Program-made: the position numbers and the translations under genes
NCBI GenBank assembly: GCA_049320885.1
Contig: JBMORA010000064.1
Span: forward strand, 32,001-96,000
Source: Thermodesulfobacteriota bacterium
GTDB taxonomy: Bacteria > Desulfobacterota > Desulfobacteria > Desulfobacterales > SURF-7
DNA: 64,000 bases
Reading direction: 5' to 3'
Shown: positions 50,671 to 59,001 of the stretch, piece by piece
Layout: each line of letters starts with the position of its first letter
Numbering within the stretch: position 1 is the stretch's first letter
The notes under the pieces: model-generated
The model's input: the letters and a program-made list of their open reading frames with translations, nothing else
What the model was told of the DNA's origin: nothing
The model's database searches: none

Positions 50671-51126
50671 TTATTGATTGCTGAGCAGGCTTTTCAACTC
50701 CGAAACAAAATCATTTACGTCCTTGAATTCACGATAAACCGATGCAAACCGGACATAGGCCACGTCATCCAGTTCGTGAAGTTTTTCCATGATTTTTTCC
50801 CCCACCACACTGGAATGGATCTCCTTTTCACCGGTCTCGCGCAGGTCCCGTTCCAGATCGTCGATGAACTGCTCGATCACGTTCATGCTGATCTGCCGCT
50901 TCTCGCAAGCCCGTTGCATGCCGGAACGGACCTTCTCGCGGTTGAAAATTTCCCGGCGGCCGTCTTTCTTGATGATCATGATGGGAATTTCCTCGATATG
51001 CTCGTATGTGGTAAACCTTCTGCTGCAATCGATACATTCCCGCCGCCGCCGAATGACATTGCCGTCCTTGCTCAACCTGGAATCGATCACCTTGTTATTC
51101 GTTTCTCCACAAAACGGACATTTCAT
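50671..51126 (-). CDS. nrdR: Transcriptional repressor NrdR
   Basis: [30 protein letters not shown] cone, [10 protein letters not shown]. Confidence 0.97.
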   Translation of the reverse strand: MKCPFCGETNNKVIDSRLSKDGNVIRRRRECIDCSRRFTTYEHIEEIPIMIIKKDGRREIFNREKVRSGMQRACEKRQISMNVIEQFIDDLERDLRETGEKEIHSSVVGEKIMEKLHELDDVAYVRFASVYREFKDVNDFVSELKSLLSNQ

Positions 51127-51139
51127 GAAACCCCCCTTG

Positions 51140-51601
51140 CTAAGAGTTTTGGCACTGTATCAGTTCAATCCCGGCTTCGGCGATCATTTCCCGGGAGATG
51201 TCGTCGGCGTAACCGTCCTGATAATAGATTCTGCGGATTCCGGCGTTGATAATCATCTTGGCGCAAATGGAGCAGGGCAGATTGGTGCAAAAAAGGGTGC
51301 TTCCGTTAATGGCAACCCCATGATACGCGGCTTGAATAATGGCATTCTGTTCCGCATGAATGCCGCGACACAGCTCGTGCTTTTGTCCCGATGGAACATT
51401 CAGTTTTTCCCGCAGACAGCCGACTTCGCTGCAATGCCGGATATTGCTGGGGGCTCCGTTGTAGCCGGTGGCCAGCAAGCGTTTGTCCTTCACGATCACC
51501 GCTCCCACCGAACGCCGCAAACAGGTCGACCTCCTGGCCACCAGGTTGGCGATGTCCATGAAATAGGCTTCCCAGGAAGGGCGGGAATCGGGTTTCGGCA
51601 T
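51140..51601 (-). CDS. Deoxycytidylate deaminase family protein (ComEB-like)
   Basis: [42 protein letters not shown]. Confidence 0.92.
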   Translation of the reverse strand: MPKPDSRPSWEAYFMDIANLVARRSTCLRRSVGAVIVKDKRLLATGYNGAPSNIRHCSEVGCLREKLNVPSGQKHELCRGIHAEQNAIIQAAYHGVAINGSTLFCTNLPCSICAKMIINAGIRRIYYQDGYADDISREMIAEAGIELIQCQNS

Positions 51602-51608
51602 TATCCTC

Positions 51609-52862
51609 CTAGTCCTCTTCATCCGTATAGATCGGAAAAGCTTCGCACAATTCGCGCACTTGATTGCGGGTCCGACTGATGACGATCTCGTCCCGATGGT
51701 GTTTCAAGGTATCGACGATGAGGCTCGCGATCCGTTTCATTTCGGAAATTCCCATGCCCCTGGTGGTCAGCACCGCGGAACCCAGGCGGATACCGCTGGT
51801 CACCATGGGGTTTTGCGTATCAAAGGGCACGGCGTTCTTGTTGACGGTAATTCCGGCCCGGCCGAGGGCGGTTTCAGCGTCTTTGCCGGTTATTTTCAGA
51901 CCGGTCAGATCCGCCAGCATCAGATGGTTGTCGGTGCCGCCGGAAACCAGATCAACGCCTTCGGCCATCAGCTGGTCCGCCAGCGCCGCGGCATTCAGCA
52001 CCACATTGCGCTGGTACTCGGAGAAGTCTTCCGACAGGGCTTCCTGAAACGCCACGGCCTTGGCGGCGATCACATGCATCAGCGGTCCACCCTGGATGCC
52101 GGGAAAAATCTGTTTGTTGATCCGGGAGCCATAATCCGCTCCGGCCAGGATCAATCCTCCGCGGGGACCCCGCAGGGTTTTATGGGTGGTGGAGGTGACC
52201 ACGTCCGCGTAGGGTATGGGCGACGGATGAACACCGGCGGCAACCAGTCCGGCAATATGGGCCATGTCCACCACGAAATAGGCGCCGACGGATTGGGCGA
52301 TTTCCTTAAAACGAGGAAAGTCGATGATCCGCGGATAGGCGCTGGCGCCGGCGACGATCATTTTGGGCCGGTGTTTCACGGCCAGGTCCGCCAGGGTATC
52401 ATAATCAATGGTGCCGGTCTCGCGTTTGACGCCATAATGAACGAAGCGGAACAACTTTCCGGAAAAGCTGACCGGGCTGCCGTGGGTCAGATGACCGCCA
52501 TGCGCCAGATCCATGCCGAGTAGGGTATCGCCGGGTTCCAGCAAGGCGAAGTAGACCGCCATGTTGGCCTGGGACCCGGAATGGGGTTGAACATTGGCAT
52601 ACTCGGCCTGGAAAAGTTTTTTCGCCCGTTCGATGGCCAGGCGCTCGGCGACATCGACGAACTCGCAGCCGCCATAATATCGCTTGTCCGGATAGCCTTC
52701 GGCGTATTTGTTGGTCATTACGCAGCCCTGGGCGGCCATCACCGCCGGACTGGCGATATTTTCCGATGCGATCAGCTCCAGATTGTATTGCTGGCGCTCC
52801 AGCTCCCTGGAAATGGCCGCGGCGATTTCCGGGTCTGTCTTGCGAATGGTCTGTAAATCCAA
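51609..52862 (-). CDS. glyA: Serine hydroxymethyltransferase
   Basis: [42 protein letters not shown] start with AGGA RBS. Confidence 0.97.
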   Translation of the reverse strand: MDLQTIRKTDPEIAAAISRELERQQYNLELIASENIASPAVMAAQGCVMTNKYAEGYPDKRYYGGCEFVDVAERLAIERAKKLFQAEYANVQPHSGSQANMAVYFALLEPGDTLLGMDLAHGGHLTHGSPVSFSGKLFRFVHYGVKRETGTIDYDTLADLAVKHRPKMIVAGASAYPRIIDFPRFKEIAQSVGAYFVVDMAHIAGLVAAGVHPSPIPYADVVTSTTHKTLRGPRGGLILAGADYGSRINKQIFPGIQGGPLMHVIAAKAVAFQEALSEDFSEYQRNVVLNAAALADQLMAEGVDLVSGGTDNHLMLADLTGLKITGKDAETALGRAGITVNKNAVPFDTQNPMVTSGIRLGSAVLTTRGMGISEMKRIASLIVDTLKHHRDEIVISRTRNQVRELCEAFPIYTDEED

Positions 52863-52946
52863 ATATATTTTTCCTTTCCGGGGGTTGTGGATATCCAACA
52901 CGATCCTTGCCTCTTTCTGTTTCGCCAAACGGCCATGTTCCGCGGG

Positions 52947-53399
52947 TTATGGCGTCAGCCGGTCGAATTTATCCAGTCGCGCCTGATGACGCCCGCCTTC
53001 AAAGGGGGTTTCCAAAAACGTTTTCACCACTTCCAGGGCCAGGGCTTCGCCGATCACGCGTCCGCCCAGGACCAGAATGTTGGCGTCGTTGTGCCGCCGG
53101 CTCATGCAGGCGGAAAAAAGATCATTGCAGAGCGCGGCCCGTACATGGGGAAAGCGGTTGGCCACCATGGACATGCCGAGGCCGGTGCCGCACAGCAGAA
53201 TTCCCCGCTTGAATTTGCCGGACGAAACGGCGGATGCGACTTTGATACCGAAATCCGGATAGTCCACCGAAGATTCGCCGTCCGTTCCGACATCCTGAAC
53301 CTCGATGGCCATTTCCCTGACAAAACGCTTGACTGTCTCCTTCAGCGGAAAAGCAGCATGATCGCTGCCGATGATAACCGCGTGTTTCCCCTGTTCCAT
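52947..53399 (-). CDS. rpiB: Ribose 5-phosphate isomerase B
   Basis: GSDHAA, VDYPD, CGTGLGM, HNDAN, FEGGRH. Confidence 0.96.
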   Translation of the reverse strand: MEQGKHAVIIGSDHAAFPLKETVKRFVREMAIEVQDVGTDGESSVDYPDFGIKVASAVSSGKFKRGILLCGTGLGMSMVANRFPHVRAALCNDLFSACMSRRHNDANILVLGGRVIGEALALEVVKTFLETPFEGGRHQARLDKFDRLTP

Positions 53400-53567
53400 C
53401 CTGAACCTTCCCGGCTTTCAAAGCCGCCGTCTTCAAAGCATATTTTCGATCTGGCAACGCAACCTTTTCTTATAGATGCCCAATCCAAATTGCGCAATAG
53501 GAAAATGATGCCGGTGATCCGGAAACGATTCCCGGCCCCCACCCCGCCCTATGGACAGCCGCCGCTC

Positions 53568-55235
53568 TCATGCTTCCTCTCCCAGGATCTGGAGGGCGAT
53601 GGGTGTATACCGCTGGGCGATGGGGTGACGACGGCCGTACCCGAAGGCCTTGGAAGTCACCCGCAGGCCCGGCGGCGCCTGCTGCCGCTTGTATTCGTTC
53701 CGATCCACGCGGCCGACGATATCCTTTACCAATTCCCGCGGGAATCCCATGCCGGCCAGGGCGGCCGGGTCTTTGCCTTCCTCGATGTAGGCCGCCAGGA
53801 TTTGATCGAGCACCTCATAGGGCGGCAGATCGTCCTGGTCTGTCTGATCATGCTTCAGTTCCGCCGATGGCGTCTTTTCGACGATCCGCCGGGGGATGAT
53901 TTCCCGGTGGCGGTTGATATGACGGGAAATGGCCCACACCATGGTTTTGGGTACATCCGAGATCACTGCCAGCCCGCCGTTCATGTCGCCATAGAGGGTG
54001 CAATAGCCCACGGCCAGCTCGGATTTGTTTCCAGTGGTCAAGAGCAGGCCGCCGTGTTTGTTGGAGAGGGCCATCAGGATGGTTCCACGGATGCGGGCCT
54101 GGATGTTTTGTTCGGTTACTCCGGGGACCTGGTCATCGAAATCGGGAGTAATGCTTTCCAGGTGCCTCTCGAAAACCGGATCGATGGGGATGATGCGGTA
54201 ATCCACCCCGAGATTGCGGGCCAGACATTCCGTGTCTTCGTAATTGTCCGCCGACGTATACCGCGAGGGCATGAAAACCGTGGCGACATTGTTGTTTCCC
54301 AGGGCCTGGGCCGCGATATAGGTTGTCAGGGCCGAATCGATCCCGCCGCTCAATCCGACCACGGCCTTGGAGAAACCGCATTTCCGGACATAATCCCGGG
54401 TTCCCATGATCAGGGCGCTGAGGACGGAATCCAGTTCCGAAGCCGCCACCGGGTGAAGATCCCCGCGGGCGGTTTCCGTATCGTAACAAATCAGGTCTTC
54501 GGAAAAATCGAGGGCCTGGGCGGCGATGGAGCCATCCGGGGAATAAACGGCGCTGGCGCCGTCGAAGAGCAGACTGTCGTTACCCCCCACCTGGTTGGCA
54601 TAGACAATCGGCATCCGGTATGTGCGGGCCAGGGCGCCCACCAGATGCTTGCGGATGGCGTCCTTGCCGGCCTGAAACGGCGAGGCGGAAATGTTGATGA
54701 TCAGATCCGCGCCTTGGCTCGCCAATTCCGCCACCGGATCGGCAGCGTAGACCCTTTTGGACAGGAAATGATTGTCGTTCCAAATGTCTTCGCAAATGGT
54801 CAAGCCCAGTCTGCGGCCCTTGTAAGCGAATACCCGGCTGCTGTCCCCGGGTTCAAAATAGCGTCGTTCATCGAAGACATCATAGCCCGGCAGGAGGCGT
54901 TTCCGGGTCTGGTGCAGGAGTTGGCCGTTTTCGAGGAGCGCCGCTGCATTGAACAGGGGGTTGCCCTTTCCGGACGGGTTGCGGTCCACGAAACCGATAA
55001 TCACCCCGATTCCCCGGATGGTGTCCCGCAGACGGTGCAGGCAGCGGATGTTGAAATCGACAAAATCCTCTTTTTCCAATAAATCCCGGGGCGGATAGCC
55101 AGAGATGACCAGTTCGGTGAATACGACCAGGTCGCAGGAACGGTCCCGGGCCTCTTGGGTGAAGGTGACGATTTTCTCGCAATTGCGGTGGAAGTCTCCG
55201 ATGATGGGATTGATCTGGGCGATGGCTATTTTCAT
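53568..55235 (-). CDS. nadE: Glutamine-dependent NAD+ synthetase
   Basis: Nitrilase domain (ELVISGYPP, K.LLP.YDVFDE.RYF, ICEDIW) plus GLSGGIDS, NIQARIR, GNKSE; start at MKIAIAQ. Confidence 0.96.
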   Translation of the reverse strand: MKIAIAQINPIIGDFHRNCEKIVTFTQEARDRSCDLVVFTELVISGYPPRDLLEKEDFVDFNIRCLHRLRDTIRGIGVIIGFVDRNPSGKGNPLFNAAALLENGQLLHQTRKRLLPGYDVFDERRYFEPGDSSRVFAYKGRRLGLTICEDIWNDNHFLSKRVYAADPVAELASQGADLIINISASPFQAGKDAIRKHLVGALARTYRMPIVYANQVGGNDSLLFDGASAVYSPDGSIAAQALDFSEDLICYDTETARGDLHPVAASELDSVLSALIMGTRDYVRKCGFSKAVVGLSGGIDSALTTYIAAQALGNNNVATVFMPSRYTSADNYEDTECLARNLGVDYRIIPIDPVFERHLESITPDFDDQVPGVTEQNIQARIRGTILMALSNKHGGLLLTTGNKSELAVGYCTLYGDMNGGLAVISDVPKTMVWAISRHINRHREIIPRRIVEKTPSAELKHDQTDQDDLPPYEVLDQILAAYIEEGKDPAALAGMGFPRELVKDIVGRVDRNEYKRQQAPPGLRVTSKAFGYGRRHPIAQRYTPIALQILGEEA

Positions 55236-55492
55236 GATGGCGTCTTTTCGGCGATGGCCGGCATGGCTCCTGATTTTTTCATTCACCCTTACCAGATGAT
55301 CATCCGTATGGCAACTCCTCCGCATGTATAGCGATGGGGGACAAGAAATTTGTATTCGACCTAATGTCAAGGCTGGGAATACGGGCCATCGGTAGGAGAC
55401 TGTAGGCGGATAAAGGAGATTTCGAACTCCACGAGACCTGAAATTTTTATTTCTCTCTTTTTGGCGTATGGTCAAAATATTATTTGAGCATT

Positions 55493-55870
55493 TTACGCTT
55501 CCAAAACAGTAGGTTGCGATGAAAAACAAGGCGAAAAACCATCCGTCTCGGGTATTTTGCTGCGATAATAATAGGTTAGCACGCCGTTGAGACGCGTGCG
55601 GCAGGCGATCTCACCGGCATTCGGGTTCGGGACATTTGGGTCTTTTGGAAACAAAATCCGGTTTTCTTTGCCCTGATGATTGCGCTCTTCGTGATAATGG
55701 GCGAGATATTCGCTCAGGGCGTTTTCGAGGCTGCGCTCGCCGAACGGGATCAATTTGGACAGGCATTCTTCCTTTACGGAGCGCACCCAGCGTTCAGAAT
55801 AAGCGTTCAGGTTCGGACTTTGCGGCGGGAGACGGATGGGCTTGATGCCGGCGGATTTGAGGAGTTGCCT
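55493..55870 (-). mobile_element. 5'-truncated integrase-core (rve-type) transposase remnant
   Basis: Extended translation RQLLKSAGIKPIRLPPQSPNLNAYSERWVRSVKEECL..Y.AHYH.ERNHQG..RLNGVL.YY; N-terminal catalytic region absent. Confidence 0.8.
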
Positions 55871-56028
55871 GTGATTTTTTTTCGAGGTAAAGACTTGAAA
55901 AACTATTAAAAGAGTGGTTTTTTTGGGGCTAAAAAGTTCTTAGAGCTATCTTTTGGGGGGTGAAAAGTGGCTTCTAAGGAAAAAAGTATCGCGGACTGCT
56001 GAATGAATTTGAAGTCAATCCATCAATC

Positions 56029-56411
56029 ATGATACGGGCAAATAGACATCACCTCCCGGGCTATATTAGGCACATCACGCACCGTTGCCACAAGAAGGAG
56101 TTCCTTTTAAAGTTTGGAAAAGACAAGAACCGATGGATCAAGTGGCTGTTTGAGGCGAAGAAGCGCTTCGGGCTTGAAATCCTCAATTATACGGTGACCT
56201 CGAATCACATTCATTTGCTGGTTCATGATACCAGGGAGAACTCCATGGAGTAGTTCAGCATCCTTCGGAATGGATGTATGGCGGTTATAATGAAATCCAG
56301 AATCCCAAGAAGCGCTATTCTTTGATAAACCGGAATTCGTTGGCCGGATTGCTTGGGATGAAAGATGAGATCATTGCCCGCAAACCCCAAGGCGGGAGCC
56401 GGCCTTCGTAA
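56029..56411 (+). mobile_element. RAYT/IS200-like HUH tyrosine transposase pseudogene with internal deletion
   Basis: HITHRCH..LL..NY.VTSNHIHLLV (HUH), then a frame switch to GVVQHPSEWMYGGYNEIQNPKKRY; central catalytic Tyr segment missing. Confidence 0.75.
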
Positions 56412-56418
56412 AAAGAGA

Positions 56419-57036
56419 TCAGTCCTCTCCTGCTGCTGAACCGGCCTTTTTTAAACCAGACAGCATTTTTTGTATGATCCCGGACATCTGTGCATGGGCC
56501 TTTTTTCGCTCCTTCGCACCTGTGATGGTCAGGGCCGCTTCCACCAGCAGGGAGTAAACCATATTTGCAGTATAATCGACAGAATCGATCGAAAAATCTC
56601 CCGAGTCCTTCATATCTTGAATGATATCTCGAAGAATCTTCATGGTGTAGGAAGAATCAATTTGCCGCCACTTTTTCCACCCAAGCACACCGATGGCATC
56701 ATCCAGCCGGATGCTTTGATAATTCGGGTCAACGCAGTAGTCCAGAAAAGCCTTGTATCCGGCAATCGCTCTTTTCCATGCCCCCCCGACCCCGGAAAGT
56801 TTTTTTTCCACCACGTCCACCAGTTGTTTGACAAGCAGGGTGTAGGCATCAATAAATATCTCTTCCTTGTTCTGGAAGTGGTGGTAAAGGGCTCCTCTGG
56901 TAACCCGCGCCCTCTGAACAATATCTTCGATGGATGTTTTATGAAACCCTTTTGTAATGAACAACTCCAGGGCTGAATCCATCAAAGCCTGCCGGGTCAT
57001 TTCTGCGTATTCTTCTTTTCTCGTTTTGGAATTCAT
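56419..57036 (-). CDS. TetR/AcrR family transcriptional regulator
   Basis: TRQALMDSALELF..GF..TSIEDIV.RA.VTRGALYHHF.NKE; AGGAG RBS before MNSKTR. Confidence 0.92.
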   Translation of the reverse strand: MNSKTRKEEYAEMTRQALMDSALELFITKGFHKTSIEDIVQRARVTRGALYHHFQNKEEIFIDAYTLLVKQLVDVVEKKLSGVGGAWKRAIAGYKAFLDYCVDPNYQSIRLDDAIGVLGWKKWRQIDSSYTMKILRDIIQDMKDSGDFSIDSVDYTANMVYSLLVEAALTITGAKERKKAHAQMSGIIQKMLSGLKKAGSAAGED

Positions 57037-57044
57037 CTTTCTCC

Positions 57045-57085
57045 TTGACATGCATACTATCAGTATGTAACATACATATAGTATT
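57045..57085 (+). promoter_or_regulatory. Sigma70 promoter overlapped by tandem TetR-type operators
   Basis: TTGACA(57045)-N17-TAACAT; CATAC-N5-GTATG at 57053-57067 and CATAC-N5-GTATT at 57071-57085. Confidence 0.65.
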
Positions 57086-57211
57086 TTATATATCCGGAGT
57101 ATAAATACCGTTCTTGCAAAATGCAAGAACAGAATCACTATGGATGTTATAAAAACAACCAAATAATTTTATGGGAAATATAAAAGCGCTATCCGCATGG
57201 AGGGATCAGAA

Positions 57212-58081
57212 ATGAAAACAGAATCGATGGAAATCACCTGCAAAGACAACCTAAAACTGAGTGCTGTCCGCCATCTCCCGGACAACTCTCCCAGAGGTGT
57301 GGTAATCATCTGCTCTGCACTGGGTGTTTCAAAACGGTTTTACAATGATTTTGCCACTTTTCTTGCCGAATATGGCTATACGGTTGTGTCATTTGATTAC
57401 CGGGGAATCGGAGAGTCGAACAACAACGATCTGCGCGGACGGGACATTCTGATGCAGGATTGGGGGCAACTGGATATAGATGCAGTCCTGGAGACAGCCA
57501 TCCACTGGGATATGGGCCCTGTCTTTCTGCTCGGACATAGTGCCGGGGGTCAGCTTTTCGGACTCTCATCCTGGAGTGAACACCTGAAAGGAGTTATACT
57601 GGCACCGGCCTCCTCAGCCAATGCAAGCCTGTATCCGTTTCCCACCCGGCTTCTGTTTTATCTCATGTGGCACCTGTTCATACCCCTTTTGGTTTTTAAA
57701 AGAGATCAATTCCCGGCCAGAAAAATCGGGCTGGCTTCCATGGATGCACCGAGCGGTGTGATGAAGCAGTGGTCTCAATGGGCCAGAAAGCGGGATTACC
57801 TGTTTTCACCTGACAACGGTCTGGATACCAGCCGGTACTCTCAATTGAAAATACCGATTATGGCTTATGGATTTTCCGATGACACATACGCATCGGAAAA
57901 AGCGATCCGGCATCTTCTATCCCAGTTCGGGTCATCCGAAATTCAATTTCATTTTCTGGATGTAAAAAAAATGGGCCTTGGGAGTGTAGGGCATTTCGGA
58001 TTTTTCAAGAAGAAAATGCAACCCTCCCTCTGGCAGCAGACACTGGAATGGCTTGACAGACATAACCAGCATGCGAAATGA
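57212..58081 (+). CDS. Alpha/beta fold hydrolase (COG4757-like)
   Basis: FDYRGIGES, WGQLD, GHSAGGQ nucleophile elbow, FSDD, GHFGFF; GGAGG RBS. Confidence 0.88.
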   Translation: MKTESMEITCKDNLKLSAVRHLPDNSPRGVVIICSALGVSKRFYNDFATFLAEYGYTVVSFDYRGIGESNNNDLRGRDILMQDWGQLDIDAVLETAIHWDMGPVFLLGHSAGGQLFGLSSWSEHLKGVILAPASSANASLYPFPTRLLFYLMWHLFIPLLVFKRDQFPARKIGLASMDAPSGVMKQWSQWARKRDYLFSPDNGLDTSRYSQLKIPIMAYGFSDDTYASEKAIRHLLSQFGSSEIQFHFLDVKKMGLGSVGHFGFFKKKMQPSLWQQTLEWLDRHNQHAK

Positions 58082-58168
58082 ATTGACACGCCAGCCTCTT
58101 CACAAAAATTGATTCCAAAAAAACAGTTTCTTATCTCAATCATATGGTGGAAGAACTCCTGGGGCATG

Positions 58169-58208
58169 AAAAAGAAAAAACCCCAAGCCGATTTGCGGCC
58201 TGAAAGGG
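58169..58208 (-). terminator. Intrinsic terminator-like hairpin with no ORF directly upstream
   Basis: Minus strand CCC..CAGGCCG-CAAAT-CGGCTTG-GGG followed by TTTTTTCTTTTT. Confidence 0.55.
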
Positions 58209-58682
58209 CTATATTCACTGAAGCGCCTGACGAAATAAACATTCCCATCGCCGGTTTGTATACCGGGGGACGGGGGGTATATTCGCTCCTAAAAAACAGC
58301 CACAATTTCTGATTGTATCTTCCTCCTTTGTCAAAACTCTACAACCATCTCTTTTTTCAGCTTTCGATGAACTTTCCATGATGTAAGACAATAATCGGCA
58401 ATCGTTGCCAACTTTTGGGAATTGTTTTTCATGCCTTCATGGAAAAAACTTACCGTTTTCTAGTTATTTCCTAATGTTGGAGAGGTAGCTTGCACCTGAT
58501 TACAGGGCGACGGTTTTTTCAGGCATGATTTCATGGGTAGGCTTGTTTGAAAATATGGTGATTAAAATCATATATATATCTATAATCGGAGACGGGGGTG
58601 GAGCCGTCATCCGCAGCCGGTGGTTCAACGCCCCCCGTTTTCAGACGGAACCCAGCCGGACAGGAAGCGGCAGATTGGTTCT

Positions 58683-58698
58683 TGGCATTGTATTTGCT
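58683..58698 (+). promoter_or_regulatory. Sigma54 promoter candidate
   Basis: TGGCATTGTATTTGCT, GG-N10-GC with TTGCT. Confidence 0.65.
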
Positions 58699-58740
58699 TG
58701 AAATTGTTTATGATGACACAAGAGTGAGTGAAACGAACAA

Positions 58741-58899
58741 ATGGTGGCAACAATGATGTACCTGGTATTCATTCTGTTGGGAGTCGCGTCGGCGTTTTGC
58801 CTGTACTTCGTCGTCGCTTGCCTGTTGGCGGCGTCGCGCGAAAACGGCTTGCCGGATATCGAGGATATCGAAGTCGCTAAGGTGATTTCCCGGTCCTGA
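58741..58899 (+). CDS. Small (52 aa) single-pass membrane protein, absent from the ORF track
   Basis: MVATMMYLVFILLGVASAFCLYFVVACLLAASRENGLPDIEDIEVAKVISRS*; directly downstream of the sigma54 motif. Confidence 0.5.
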   Translation: MVATMMYLVFILLGVASAFCLYFVVACLLAASRENGLPDIEDIEVAKVISRS

Positions 58900-59001
58900 T
58901 CCGGAAGGCAACAGAAAACGGCCCATACGCGGCCATACGGGGGGCGAGGCGCCCGCGAAAGAATGCGGTTGCGGCAACCTTCCCGGCCTTTTTTATCGGT
59001 T

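Noticed and set aside
48118..51249. 1043-aa plus-strand ORF
   Set aside because: Antisense shadow of ribBA/ribE/ribD/nrdR/deaminase; no motifs; expected in GC-rich coding DNA
52887..55082. 731-aa plus-strand ORF (likewise 35676..37109, 45314..46492, 61818..62990, 21095..22156)
   Set aside because: Antisense shadows of well-supported genes, with no recognisable domains
55404..55433. tRNA T-arm-like sequence on the minus strand (GGAG-TTCGAAAT-CTCC) at the islet edge
   Set aside because: Only a 4-bp stem with 8-nt loop, no D or anticodon arm and no CCA; too weak to call a tRNA or att site
57949..58312. ORFs 57949..58305 (-) and 58109..58312 (+)
   Set aside because: No motifs, non-ATG starts, overlap the hydrolase or the terminator hairpin
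58590..58681. Hairpins with CCGGACAGGAAGCGGC resembling SRP RNA helix 8
   Set aside because: Lacks the conserved GUCAGG strand and GNRA tetraloop geometry
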